Source of the DNA: Lama guanicoe
Lineage: Eukaryota
Direction: 5' to 3'
Length of the DNA stretch: 64,000 nt
NCBI GenBank assembly: GCA_013239625.1
Contig: MU053652.1
Coordinates: forward strand, 5,943,902 to 6,007,901
This document shows, one piece after another, positions 36,920 to 49,780 of the stretch (position 1 is its first letter; each line of letters begins with the position of its first letter). The position numbers were made by a program, and so were the translations under genes. The notes under the pieces were generated by a model that saw only the letters and a program-made list of their open reading frames with translations, was not told the DNA's origin and searched no databases.

Positions 36920-39330
36920 AATTTGGTGCTATTATGTTATCTTTATCAATGCCAGAGGTAACATTTATTTTATTATTTTAGTTTGCATGTCTTTGATTCC
37001 TAAGTGGCTTGAAAGTTTTTATATACTTAATAGATAATTGTATTTATTCTTTTGCAAGTTGCTTGTTCATTACTCTGCCTATTTTTCTTTCGGGGTATTC
37101 CCCTGCTTCCTGTTCATTTTGTAAGAATCTCTTTTAGACTAAGTACATCAACCTTTTGTCTGCCATATATTTTGCAAATTTATTTCTGTAGGTCATTCTT
37201 TCATGTATGGTGTTAACTTGACATAATTTAAATAAATTATGAGGTCACATCCATCAAGATTTTTCTCCATATTTTCTGTAGTTGTGTTGTGCTTAGGAAT
37301 GCCTGTTGACAGTCCTATGAAAGATCTCCTGTGAAAGGCCTGGGTTCTCCAAAAATATTACCTTTCAATGAGGCTCTTCTTTCTGTACTCCAAAGTTTCC
37401 ACTAAATTATTTGGAATCTGAATGCCTCAAGTTGTAAGTCAAATGATGCCAATTTATTGTAGTACAGTAGTTTGAATTAAGGTGAATGTTACATTTGAAT
37501 TACAAAAATGTAATTAGATTTTAGTGAAACAGTTTCAGAAGATTGAGTGTCACTTGTGCATCTGCGGACTACCTCGTAGGGGCACTGGCTACCGTAAGTT
37601 AACTCCAAGAAGCAGGGAAGCAGTCCTCTGCTCTTCTCTCTGGGACAAACAGGGACATACATTAATGCATGCACATGTGCATGTCTTCTGATCCCTGCCA
37701 TTACTATTATGGGGTGGTATTCCTCATCAAATCTAATAAGGTGGATGCAGCCTTTCCCCTAGACCTACAGCTACCTTGTGGTGCCTACTCCCATGCTATT
37801 CCTGTTTTTCATTCTGCAGCTCGTTATACAGCAATCACTGCCTGGAGACTGACTACCAAAAATATTTCTTTTCGCTGGTGCTAGAGACCCTTCCCTTTTC
37901 TCACCACTGGGTGCAGATGTCAATAAATCCTTTAGTCATAGTCACATCTGATGAGTATATGTTCTCCATTATGTCCTGTTCACCCTGAGATCTTTCAACT
38001 AGGAAATCAGTTTAATGAGACTAAAGCAGCTATACTAGGCTTTCCGAATTATTAAGAAAAATATCTTCTTGTAGCTTTTTCATGACTTCATTCTTGTATA
38101 ATAAAATCTTGAATTTTTCTTTATTTGATATTGCAAGATAGCAGGGAAACATCTAACTTTTTAATTTATGTATAGCCAGCATCCAGCATTATTTGTAGAA
38201 AAAGCCATCAACTGTTTCAGTGATTTGAAATACCATTTTAATCATACACCACATTATGACATTTTCTAGATCTGTTTATGAATTTTCTGTTCCACTGATC
38301 TGACTGTCCGTTATTTGTGCTAGTACAACACTGTTTTGAATACTATAGATGCCTAATGTGCAATGAGCTCTGGTAGAAAAAGTTGCCACCACTTGTATCA
38401 GTTTCAAAATGTTCTTGACTTTATTCTTGTATATTTAGGTATATTTTATAAAATTTCCCACTCCAAAATAAATTGGAATTTTATTTAGAAATAGGCTGAA
38501 TTTACACATCAACTTGGAAAGAATATTGTATCGATACAGGGCAGTGATGTAAAATTTTTTTATTCAATTCGTGTGTGGCTCTCAGTAATATTTCCAGTTT
38601 TTAATATAGCCCTGGAAAATTCTCATTAAGTATATTTATGAACATTTTACGTTTGCTTATGTTATTAATGGGATTCTTTTCCCATAATATTTTAAGGTGA
38701 TTATTGTAGGTATATTGGAAAGTTATTAATATTTTTCAGATAAGGATTTTGTGAGCATCATTTTTAGTTACTATAGAACTGCTTCTAATGGAATTTCAGA
38801 TGATTCAATTTTTTTTTTAGATAAACATTCATGTCTGAAAGGGAGGGAATTTTGTCTCTTCCTTCCGTATGCCTCTTATTTATTTTATTTGTCTCATTGC
38901 ACTGGTTAGGACTTCAAGAATGACATGCATCCTTGTTTTGACCATGACATTAATGAAAATGCCTCAGCTATTACATTTTTAGGGTTATAAAGCTTACTAT
39001 TGATCTCTGATAATTATTGTTGACTATGCTAAAAAGTATTTCTAATTCAAAGTTTTTCTAAAAACATGATCCAATATGAATTTTGGCAAATGCCTTTTTT
39101 GTCACCTACTGACTTGATAATATATTTTTATTCTTTAATTTAATTTATTAGACATTAGAATTTTTTTTCCTAATGTCTAACCATGCTTTTATCTATTTAA
39201 TAAATACTCTTTAGATATGGGGTATTGTTCCTTTAATATCATACTAGGTCTAATTTTATTTATTATTTAGTATTTTATTGAGGAATTTTTGCAGTTATAT
39301 TTATAAATGAGATTTAGCTGTTGGACTTTA
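36920..39330 (-). mobile_element. Old degraded L1 (L1ME-like) ORF2, interrupted at ~37.3-38.05 kb
   Basis: T-rich; ttctgttccactgatctgactgtc..gtacaacactgttttgaatactatag; gtctcattgcactggttaggacttc. Confidence 0.7.
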
Positions 39331-40070
39331 AAAAAAATATTTTTCCTACCAAGTAATTTTTTTAATTAAGAAGAAACACCGCTCATTGCCCAACATATAA
39401 CATGATATCATAATACATTATATATTATGATGTCAATTCCATGTGTATTATGTATAATAAAGTGAAAAATACTTTAACAAAGTAAAAGCAAGAAAAATTT
39501 GTGCTTTGCTAATCTTTTCTTTTATTACAACTTCCATTAGGACAATTCAGTCAGTGTTAGAAATGTTCTTTAATAATCCTAATGTTTTTACCTCACTTTA
39601 TCAGAAATACATTGACCTGCATAGGTCAATTAGTGAAAAAGAAAAAAAAAAGACAATAACTAAGATGATTTAAACATAATTAGTTTAGTCTGAGTATGCC
39701 TCTAAGATAAACTGAATTATTCTTCACTCCTTAACTAGTTTAAGAAAAATTTTATTTTCCATTCCTTGAAATTTTGGTTCAGAAAACAGTGATTCAATGG
39801 AAAGTAGAAAGCAGTTATTTGAAAAGACAATAATTCCTCATTAAAAAAAATTAATGATGATAAAGCAAAAAGAAAATACTTCCCTTATACTACTATTTTT
39901 CATGTGTAGATATGCTACAATATATTTGACCCGGCTTTCCATTAGGCAGAAATTACTAACTGCATAAAGTAGAATGGGTGATATTTAAAAATATATCTTA
40001 TAAAGCTCTCTATATGCTATATTAATATTTTTGATTAAACAGAAGACTAATATTTCTTCAATCATGATTT

Positions 40071-40192
40071 TTTTTGAGGGGGGATGTAATTTGATTCATT
40101 TATTTATGTTCTTAATGGAGGTGCTGGGGGTTGAACTCAGGACCTCATACATGCCAAGCATGTACTCTACCAGTTGAGCTATACCCTCCCCC
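40071..40192 (-). mobile_element. tRNA(Ala)-derived camelid SINE (vic-1-like)
   Basis: Minus strand GGGGAGGGTATAGCTCAACTGGTAGAGTACATGCTTGGCATGTATGAGGTCCTGAGTTCAACCCCCAGCACCTCCA, with A and B boxes and an A-rich tail. TSD ttcttcaatcatgattt/ttcttcattcattattt (15/17). Confidence 0.9.
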
Positions 40193-42749
40193 TTCTTCAT
40201 TCATTATTTAAGCCATTTTAACTAGCTAGAGAGGATGACTTCACTAATTATATCTTTCTTTAAATTAGGATATGTCTAGGTTTTCTAACTCTCAAAGTGA
40301 TACATAAGATGTAAAATTCAAGAGGATAAAAAGAATGTTTTCATTGGAGTCTGAATTTTTCTTAGATAACTTAGAGATAGTTGCTATCGCTCTGAATAGA
40401 TGTAGAAGACTTAATTACATAATTTCTTAGATTTCTTAATGGGTCTTTTAATTTTTACAACAGATGTTCTTTTACAACTGGTCTTTTATCATCCTTAATA
40501 ACCTGCCTGCAGTTTTTCAGTTACATTTTAAATGAGTTTATTTAAAATTGTATTAAACATCTAATGTGGTGAAGAAACATATGATGATATTTGTTCTGAC
40601 TACAGACTAAATTTGGTTAATTTTGGTTAATGCCTGTATAAAAGGAATAACTGCTGACACATTAAACTAATTAGGGTTTCAGTGGTGCTTTTATTTGAGG
40701 GATAGTCCTTATGGGAGCTTCCTAGACTTTATACCCATAGCAATTCTTCTCGTATCAAATAAAGTTAACCCTCAAATAGGAAGTGCATATTATCTCTTAT
40801 TTAGAGGAAGCCTTTACAGCATTGCATGAAAAAAAAAACCCTCATTTCAAATAGAAAACAAAAAGAAAAACAGAAAGCCTCCATTCTTAACAGTGCAAAT
40901 GATGTACCTAATTGATTGCTTAGACTTATTTTCTATTTTCAGATATTTATTAGATAGAGAAAATGAAAAAATAATATATTTTCATTGTCTCTGGGAAATT
41001 ATTTGTATTCATTTTATATATGCATTTATCACAATACCATGATTATTACAACAGTGGTGGATATACTAGTGAAACACACTAACCTAAATTTTAGTGTTTG
41101 CTTCTACTGCCTTATTACTGGTATGAGATTGTGGAATATGAGAATATATTAAATGATGAAACCTTAAGTAGAAGTTTTGAGATGCCCCAAAATGGTCCAT
41201 ATTAATAATAAAATATCAGAGAATACCTAAGTTCAAATGAGAGATTTCTGGAATGGACTTTTTGTTTCTCTTCTGTTAACTGCCATTAGGAATATCTAGG
41301 CAATATTCTTTCAATTTCTTCTTATAATAAGTTTTGAAAATTAAGGATTAAAGAAATATTGGAAAGGTAGCAGGTGGAAATAGAAATCAGGAAACCCAGA
41401 AAGTGATTCTTCAAACTTCTGAGATGATTCAAATGCAACGGTAAATATTTAGGTCAAATTTAGGTCTACAGTTAGTACAGCGAGCTCGCAGGATATCCAG
41501 TGGTTCTTTTCACATCCTACTGATTGATAGTGGCCAAGGTATCAGATATAATCAAATGTGATGTCAATATAGGTAATTGGTACATGTTAAGCCTTGCCAT
41601 CAGCACATCAGGAGAGCACGTGGTTAAAGAATGATAGTACCGTTTTTATTTTCACAAATTTCTTTTCAATTAACAGATTTGGTTTAATATGAAAAATTAA
41701 TCTAAAACCTCCATTCTTTGAGGTCCCTTTAGACAAATAGTTGTATTCTAAAAAGTATTCTTAAAAGTAGATGTAAAGTTTAACTATAACTTTTAACCAC
41801 ATTCATTAATAAAATATTATAGTGTTTATCAAATGATTATATTCAAGATGAGAGACATTGCACATAATTATCAAAAGGTGAATTTGGTAACTAAATTAAC
41901 TAGATAGCTATTACTCCCAAATGTACTTAGTTAGTGGATAACTTAATACCTTTTATGCTCTGTATCTAAAATACCTCTGTATCCTTAATTTTCTAAGTTG
42001 ATTAGTAACCTGAATATTAGCCTACTTTTAATACTTCCAAACAGTATCTTTCTCCATATTGAGCCTCATATTTAAGCAGTAACCAAATATTGTTCTTTTT
42101 TTTCCCATCACACCTTTTCTTCCATTTTTTATCCCTCCTTTTAAAACTATTGTAATAGCTTTGTATCCTGTCTCCCTGTTGCATAGATACACAGGTTAGT
42201 GCCCCTTAGCTGCTCCACTTCTCATGCTCAAAATTTTCGACAATTCTGCATTATATACAAAAAGATGTATAAATTTCCTGGATGGACACCCTGGATCCCT
42301 CACGATGTACTGCAAATTCACTTCCAAATTTACTTTTCAATTTCCCTAAAGTGATTCTTGCATTTCCAATCCAAGTAGGATATTTACTGTTGCACAGACT
42401 GACCTTATAACATCTCCGTCTTGAATCTTTGCTCAGGCGTTTTCCAACTTCAGAAGTGCTCTTATTTTGTATTCTGTATCCACGCAAGTCTCCAGCTCTT
42501 TAAAAAAAAAAATCTCTGCTCAAGCTACATGGCCTTCATTATTCTTTCTGCTTCTAAGTCAGTGCATTGCCAATACCATTTCTTTGACACATGTATGGTT
42601 TATGTGTGGATCTATTGCTAATCTTCTCAACTAGTTCCATAAGCCTTAGATCATGATCTGAACTGAATAGAAGAGACTCAAACATTGCTCTTACATTGCT
42701 GCTTCCTTATTCGTCTTTACTTTCGATTCAGCTCTCATTTGGTCTACAT

Positions 42750-43900
42750 GTTTTGTTTTGCTTTTCCTACTGAAAAGAAAGACGGTCTTTCTAAACCCTT
42801 CCATGTCTGAGACTGTGTTTTCCTTAGCTTAGCTTAGCTAGATATAACCCCTTGGGTCTTGTGCTTTAGCCCAGAGCTGTTTAGATTTGTTACATTGTCT
42901 TCTGACATTTAATGTAGTGGAGATTCTTAGAACAGTCTGATTTTCTTAACCTTTCTTAACACTTTAATTAAGGTCTTTTGTTTTGCTTTAAAGCTTGACG
43001 CAAAGCTTGAGAGAATTTTACTTCCCCATTCTTGTAATTCCAAAAATAATTGCCAGAGTGTGTTTAGATGTGAGTTGTTAGAGAGATTGGTTCGGTGGAA
43101 TTTGGGGGCTTGAATTCTTCTCTCTGAGCTCTTGGATGAGGAAAAATCACAGAAGACATGAGGTCATCCCATGAAAAGTCACGCAACACTTTCTTTAAGG
43201 CTAGTCCAGCACTCAGTATCCCCCAAATGCGGGATCTCTGAACTGGAAAACACAACTTACTGTGTGAGGCTTAGTGAAGTTATCTGCTTTCTAGAGCCCA
43301 TATCCAGCCAGCCACACCGGTGATGGCGGCTTCCCCAAGGGCCAAGCTCCAGGGGTCTCCTACTGCAGGGAACTGGAAATGAGCACGTGGGCAGACCTCT
43401 CTTCTAAGGCATAGGAACCTCCTTCTTCCATTAGTAAAATATGGCCAAAAAATGTCCTGGGCTTCTTCCAAACAAACGTGTGCTTGCTTTTTTTGTGGAG
43501 ACATATGAAGTGGATGAAGAAAGTGGAAATGACCCTTTGCATACATGCTTAGGCCCCTTCTCCCCCTTCTGTTCAATTCTGAGCCTGTTCTTCCATTGAT
43601 ATTCTTACTGTTCCTCAAGAGAACAGTTGATTTCTTCCTTGGGAACTTCGAAAATTCTTAGCTTTGATTTCGTCCTTTGACTTCTCTATTCATCATATTC
43701 ATTCCAGTCACCTTCACCTCTTTGCCTCTTTTCTTTATATTCTGGAATATTCTCTCAAGTCTGCTTCCAGACTCCTAGCAGGACTTTCTGTCATGTCATT
43801 TCAGGCACTTATGATCCTCTAATTTGAATTATAATAGAGCTGCCACTTTTTTTATGGTTCTTTATTTCTGTCATCTGCCTGTTCTGTCATACTCTAGTCC
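42750..43900 (-). mobile_element. Old L1 ORF1/HAL1-like remnant
   Basis: ttgttacattgtcttctgacatttaatgt..agtctgatttttctt; T/C-rich antisense ORF1-like texture. Confidence 0.45.
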
Positions 43901-43914
43901 TTTTATCCATTAAA

Positions 43915-44800
43915 AAAGAATTCATTCCACAAAGTATTCATTAAGCATATACCTTTTACTGGGCATTGTTCTAGACACCGAGATACAACAGTAAATAATA
44001 GAATTAAAACTTGCTGAATGCTTTCTCTGTTCCAGGTACTATTTTAAGTACTTGCTCATATCAACTCATTTCATCTACACAATTATCCTCTAATGTAGGT
44101 TTCATAGGTTGGGTTCCCTCTGAGGCAAACCCTGAGACTAGTCTTTTAGTGTATACAGTTTAAGTGAGAAGGGAGTTCAGGAATCTGAGATATTTATTTT
44201 AGACTTTGATTCATAGTGGGGAAGCCATTCCCTGAAATTTTAACTCCTTGGCACTTCTGGCCTGCCCCACACATAGATTGGGCAGGTTCTCTGGGCCAGT
44301 GGATACCTACCTTCTGGCTGAAGATTGTAGGTGCTGCAGTGTGAGGCCATCCAAAGGCAGGAGTCCTGAGTGCCGAGGGAGTGGGGTACCAATCACATGG
44401 GCTACAGTTAGTACCAAATGAAAAAAAAAAATGAAGCAAAGAGAGGGTAAGTCACACAGCCAGGAAGTGCTAGCTCCAGGGTTTGCACTCTGGTCCTTAA
44501 TGGCTATGATAGACTGCCCTTGTGCTCAAGTGCTGAGACGACCACCTGCTTTAAAGCAAGGTAAGGCAATCAAGAGTGAAGGAAGCTGCTGTTCAACAGG
44601 AAAGGCCTTTCTGAAGAGGGCACACTGAATAGAGACCTGAATGAAATGAGGAGGTGAGTCTAGGGGCAACCTCAGGAAAGACTCATCCAGCTTGGAGATT
44701 ATCTGGCGTGTTTAAGGTACAACAAGGAGACCCAGGGGACTGGAGCAGTGTCAGTGCAGGGAAGAATGACTGGCAGCCAAGGGCCATATCAAAGAGGGCC
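43915..44800 (-). mobile_element. Nested L2 > MIR > ERVL (LTR16/33-like) fragments
   Basis: L2 tail attcattccacaaagtattcattaagc; MIR ~44005-44100 and 44430-44500; LTR-like taggttgggttccctctgaggcaaaccctgagac ~44100-44420; L2 resumes ~44560. Confidence 0.55.
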
Positions 44801-44836
44801 CAGAGTCCTGTGTTAAGACTTCCTGTGTTTTAGGCT

Positions 44837-45566
44837 TGTAACCAAGCAGGACCCTATTGTAATCATTGGTGATCATCTAATATCTTGTAATGGTGTTTGT
44901 AACTGCTTAACTGTATAATGGTTTAAAGGGGTTTTTATCTTATGATCTTGCTGACCAGGGTTGGGCTGGAGAGGAGGGAGGCTTGGGTGGTCCACCCAAT
45001 CCCCTTGTGGTGCTGTGTGCCGGGATCATGCTCAGTGCCCTCCTCTTGACCCCTTATGGTTTCCTTGTTTCCTGTTGTTTCAGCTGCAGGCCTCAGCCTG
45101 CAGCAGGAGATCCCAGGACTCAGCCTGCTTAAAAGGCTGAAAGCATTTATCAACCTGATTTTAAAGTGCACAAGTTTTTCTCTAGAGCTCTTTTCCACAG
45201 AGCCCCTTCCTATGCATCCTTTTTTCTAGATATAAGAATATTAAGAGGGTTTCAAAGCTGGAGGTGAACTTCATAACCAGCAGAGGGAAGGGGACAGCTG
45301 CATCTGCAAAAAAGGAACAACTATGCAACAATTTGTTACCCTGAATACCATCTGTGTGGAAACTATCTCCACCCCTTGAACTCTTGAACTTTTACTCTAA
45401 AACGCCCTGCCTTCTCTCCCCAGCAAGCTCACAGTCTTAGAGGCATTAGCCCACTGTTACCTCCTTTGCCTGGCAAAGAAATAAACCTGCCTTTTCTACT
45501 TCATCCAAAACCCTGTGTCGGGTCTTACTTTGGTAAGCAGGATACGGAGGCTGTGTTTTGGCAACA
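44837..45566 (+). mobile_element. ERV1 solo LTR (MER41-like, artiodactyl type)
   Basis: TGtaaccaagcaggaccctat start; ctttgcctggcaaagaAATAAA (~45479); ends ttttggcaaCA; near-TSD ggct/ggca. Confidence 0.8.
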
Positions 45567-48134
45567 GGCACCTACATCATTGATGCTATTCCGTCTTGTC
45601 TCCTGTTGAGTCTGTCAGTTCTCTAAGATGTCCATCTAGTTCCTCTACTGAAATGTTTTCAAGGGTCTTCTATGACTTTTTGGAATCAGGTTCTTTTTCC
45701 TCGTGGGTGTGGAGGCACCACGTGTGTTTATTTTCTTGCCTGTGCATTTGTGTAACAGGGGCAGCCTCTCCAGAGCCAGTGTGGGTGTGCTGCTTCCGTG
45801 TGATTCTTTCTCTACTGTTGTGTTTGGTCTTTCACAGACGAAGAAGACAATAGGGGAATGTACAGAGCTCCAAGCCCAAGCCCCGTCCTAGTATCGAGAA
45901 TGTTTTCCTTTTCTGCAGCATTCCTGCTCTGCCATGGGATCTTGTCTCTTCCTCCCACTGTGAGCCAGCCAGCTGGGGTCCATGTTTCTTCGGGAAGTAA
46001 AGGGAAATTAGTGGTTATGCACAGGCAGCATCTGGAGCAGTGCTGGAGGCAAGGACACAGCCAGGAGTTCCGTGGCAGGGCACTGGATCTGTGAAGAGGA
46101 GCCCTGATGGCGGGGGTGGGGTGGGATGCAGGGCAGTAGTGACAGATATAGATTATTCTTGCTGTGTCAGAAAGCAGTGGCTGTGCAGTCGACAGCTTCT
46201 CAACAATTATTTTCTTCTTGGCATTTCTTAAAATTATTTTCACGTGCACAACCCGCTTTTCTGTGTGTCTACAAGGGTTTGTGAGATTCCTAATGTGCTA
46301 GAGAGAACTCCGCCCTTTCTTTCTGAACTTGTAAATTGTATCAGAAAGCAAGCACTAGTGTAATCTTAGGTGTAATTGTGCTCAAGTGTATATAAAATAA
46401 TATTAGTAAGAAACTACTTGCCAGATACCTCACAGCTGGTCTCAATGCCCAGCTGCTCGGTTTTCAGGTGGTCAAAAATCTGTCATGTCTTAAAGGTTAT
46501 GGAGTCTAGGAAGGCAGACAGCAGAGAGAGGACCTATGGTTTTCTGGCATCCTTTCAAGTGAGTAAGCATTCTCTTTTCTGGGCACCCTACGGAGGATAC
46601 CTTTAAATTCACTTTAAGCCGTTTTCAAATTCTCTCCAGATCCTAGAGTTAGCCTTATTGTTAGTACTTTCTAAGATCATATATTTGGTTTTTATTTTTT
46701 TCTTAGTGTTCATAGTTATTTTAGTAGGCAATTAGAAAAGTCTGTATGAGAGTTTCAGAGAGATTTTAACTCGTACCAGTTCAATAAAGCCATATTTTTC
46801 ATTTAAATTGCTTTAGATTCAAAAACAGCATTTAAAAACCTATATTATTCTAAGGCAATAAAATTGTGAATCAAGTATTGTTTATATATTTATATAGTTC
46901 TTAGATATTAATTTATACATTTCAATGGTTAGAATTTTTTAAAATATGCTCTTAATGTACTCACATACCTCATACTTAAGTCCACAGAAGTTTATAGACT
47001 ATTTTAAATACTATCTTATTAAACTTATATTTTGGTTCTCATTAACATGTGAATATATATTTTATATGTGATGTTTTAAACTATTTTTTACTTGAATATA
47101 CTTAGACACTAGCTAAAATTACTTGATTTTTGTGATTAAATAGTTATATATTATATGTTCGTATAGTTACATTATTGAATAAAATCTTTAGCATATTTAA
47201 ATATGTATGCATGTTTACTAATAGTATATATGGTATTTAAAATACTGTATTATAGATCTTATATGGTCTTTGGAACATAGCTAGTTAAATATTGCGATAT
47301 ACTTCGGGAAAAAATCTTATTTTGTTAAAGAGGAAAACATGATGTCTCGAGACTATGTAAATTTATATTTTTAAGTGCTTGACAGAATTTTTTGTGAGTG
47401 GCGACATTATTCATGCAAACCAGAAGCTAGTTATTTCTCACCCTGTTGGAGTAAATCTTGGGCGGCCAGACTCGGTTTCACCAGAATTTCCTTCAGATTG
47501 GGAGGTTTGCCTGGCTTAGATTTAGATTTGATTTGCCTTTATTTCATCTTTGGATAGCCCTGCAATGGGGTATACCAACTTCCATAAAATCTGAGCATTT
47601 TTCTGGGAGGTAGGGGCAGATACTTTACAACCCCTCCTCCATATCCTGAATTAGAGTGGACTCAGGCTAGGTAGCAGGGAAAGGCAGTCAGCTCCTAAAA
47701 GGAGGTTCTGGGAAGGTAACAGCAAGGAGACAGTAGGACCAGGGCTCAAGCCTGGTTCTGGGTCAGAAGTGGGAGTAAGTGACAGAAAGAGCTGGTCATG
47801 TAGGAGACTGGTTCACCCTGCCCGGGAAAAGCCTTGCAGCTCAGATAGTGGTGGCCAGAGCAGGGAACTACTCATCTACACAGGCACAGAGATGCGAAAT
47901 GTCCTTCAGAGTCTGGATCCATGTGCCTCTGAAGGGTTCTGGGTTGGAGTAGCAAAGAACTGTTGACTCTGAGTATCTTGGCCAGTCTAGCAGGCAAGCC
48001 ACTGAAGTGAGGGCCTGCTTATCTGCAAAAAAAAAAAAAAAGGAAAAGAAGGCATCTGTGTTTGCCAGTAGAATCAGGAACCAGCCTAACCCCTACTGTT
48101 TTGTTATGTTTTGTTTTGACATTATCCACCAATG

Positions 48135-48180
48135 TTGATGATGATGATGGTGGTGGTGGTGGTGATGGTGATGATGATAG
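48135..48180. repeat. (GAT)n(GGT)n compound microsatellite
   Basis: gatgatgatgatggtggtggtggtggtgatggtgatgatgat. Confidence 0.9.
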
Positions 48181-48310
48181 CAGCTGGCACAGTTTACAAT
48201 GTATCAAACACTCTTTTAGAATTGTTTAATATGCATTAATTATATTCTCATAAAAATGCTATAAGAAAGTATTATTATTTCTAGTTAAAAGATAAAGAAG
48301 CTGAGACCCA
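48180..48310 (-). mobile_element. MIR fragment
   Basis: attctcataaaaatgctataagaaagtattatt..gataaagaagctgagacc. Confidence 0.55.
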
Positions 48311-49337
48311 TTGAAGTGCATTTAAATATGCAATGCAATAATTGGACGAGTCTGCCTCCTTAGCAGACTAGATCATCTCCCGTCTCTATTCAAAAGCCAG
48401 TGGACTTTCTGCTGCAGCCAGTGCATTAAATAAGGAGTGGACCATACTGAATTCTTCTCTGTTCCCCCTCCTCCTAGTCATATTATTAAGTAGCGTAAGG
48501 ATTGTGGACATTTAACAGGGGTGAGGTCCGTCTGGGAAGGGACAGACAGGGCCTCCTGCGGCTGTCCCTGCTATTGTATGTGCTTTGCACCCCAAGTTGG
48601 AAAGAGAGATGCCCTGGATTGAAATATGCACGTGCCACGTGTGTTTATGCGTGGGGTAATTGACAACCTAAGTTAAAGGAGGCACAGACAGCAGATAGCT
48701 CTCTTTCATTGTTGAGTGTAATGAGATGAGATTACTCTTGGAAAGGCCAACTTTGTTGAAGATGTAAATCTGGGGGTTTGTGGCTAGCTAGCTACGATCT
48801 ATCTGGCTGTTGATAACTCGTAGGCTGTGCTTTGATGCTTTCAGAAAATCTCCAGTTGTCTTGAGCAAACATCTGCTCTTGTCATTTCCTTTGCAATTCT
48901 TTTTCCCAGCATGTACCTCATCTGCGAGAAACCCACAGACTATAAAGGCTGACATGAGGTACGATCCATTTCTAGCTGCACAGAAGAATGTACATCAATT
49001 TAAGTAACTTTGGATATCTTTTTATTTCGTTTCCTTCTCTTCCCCAAGCCCCATTACATGCTGCCATTGATTTTTTATTTCTTTTTAAAGTGCTGCTTAA
49101 AATCAGTTTTGAAAATGGTTACAGAAGACTTGTATTAAAATAACCAAAATCCCAAATCATTTTTTTTTCTAAAATAGAAGCTTATGATGCATATGTGCAT
49201 ATTTCCAGCTTCCCCTTTTCAGGCACGTATTTTAAGATGTGCTTTAAGCAAACGTGTCTTTAAGTGATACACATTCACACTCATAAAGGAGGCAGCATCA
49301 GTGGCTCATCGTGACGCATCCCTGAGATACACAGATT

Positions 49338-49780
49338 TGTCAGGATAACTAATTGTTGCGTTAAGCACTGTCAGACTCTCAGGGGATTAACATGATAAAG
49401 GCTGATTTCATTATCAATGCCATGGTCCAATGCAGGTTAGTGAGGCTGAGGGAGGGCAGTTTGCTCCATGCATTTATTTGGGGAAAGATTTATTTCCCAC
49501 AGTGACTTTGCCATTCCCTAGGGCCTCACAGTTCCAAACTGGATCTTTGCACCTGGCTAGTCAGTAAGGGAAGAGAGAAAGCCTGGGGGACCCAATTGGA
49601 GGTCTTTCAGAGGCAGGCCTGGAAGGGGCGTGCAAAACTTCTGCTCACAAGTCATCGGCCAGGACTCATTCATGGTCACACCTCACTGCAAGGGAGCTGG
49701 GAACTGTAGCTGCCCGCCCAGGAGGAAAACAGATACAGGAAGCTGGTGGGATACGTCTCGTTACAGAGCAGTCACTGCAG
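49338..49780. mobile_element. MaLR LTR (MLT1I/J/K-like)
   Basis: tgtcaggataact..catggtcacacctcactgcaagggagctgggaactgtag. Confidence 0.7.

Noticed and set aside
40115..40192. tRNA-Ala gene
   Set aside because: Degenerate stems, a SINE tail and a TSD show it is a retroposed SINE.
45596..46249. Cluster of overlapping ORFs up to 145 aa downstream of the ERV1 LTR
   Set aside because: No recognisable gag/pol/env or cellular similarity and no primer-binding site seen after the LTR. Explained by locally higher GC.
46700..47350. Very AT-rich block as a possible matrix-attachment region or foreign insert
   Set aside because: Composition alone; no boundaries, TSD or recognisable homology.
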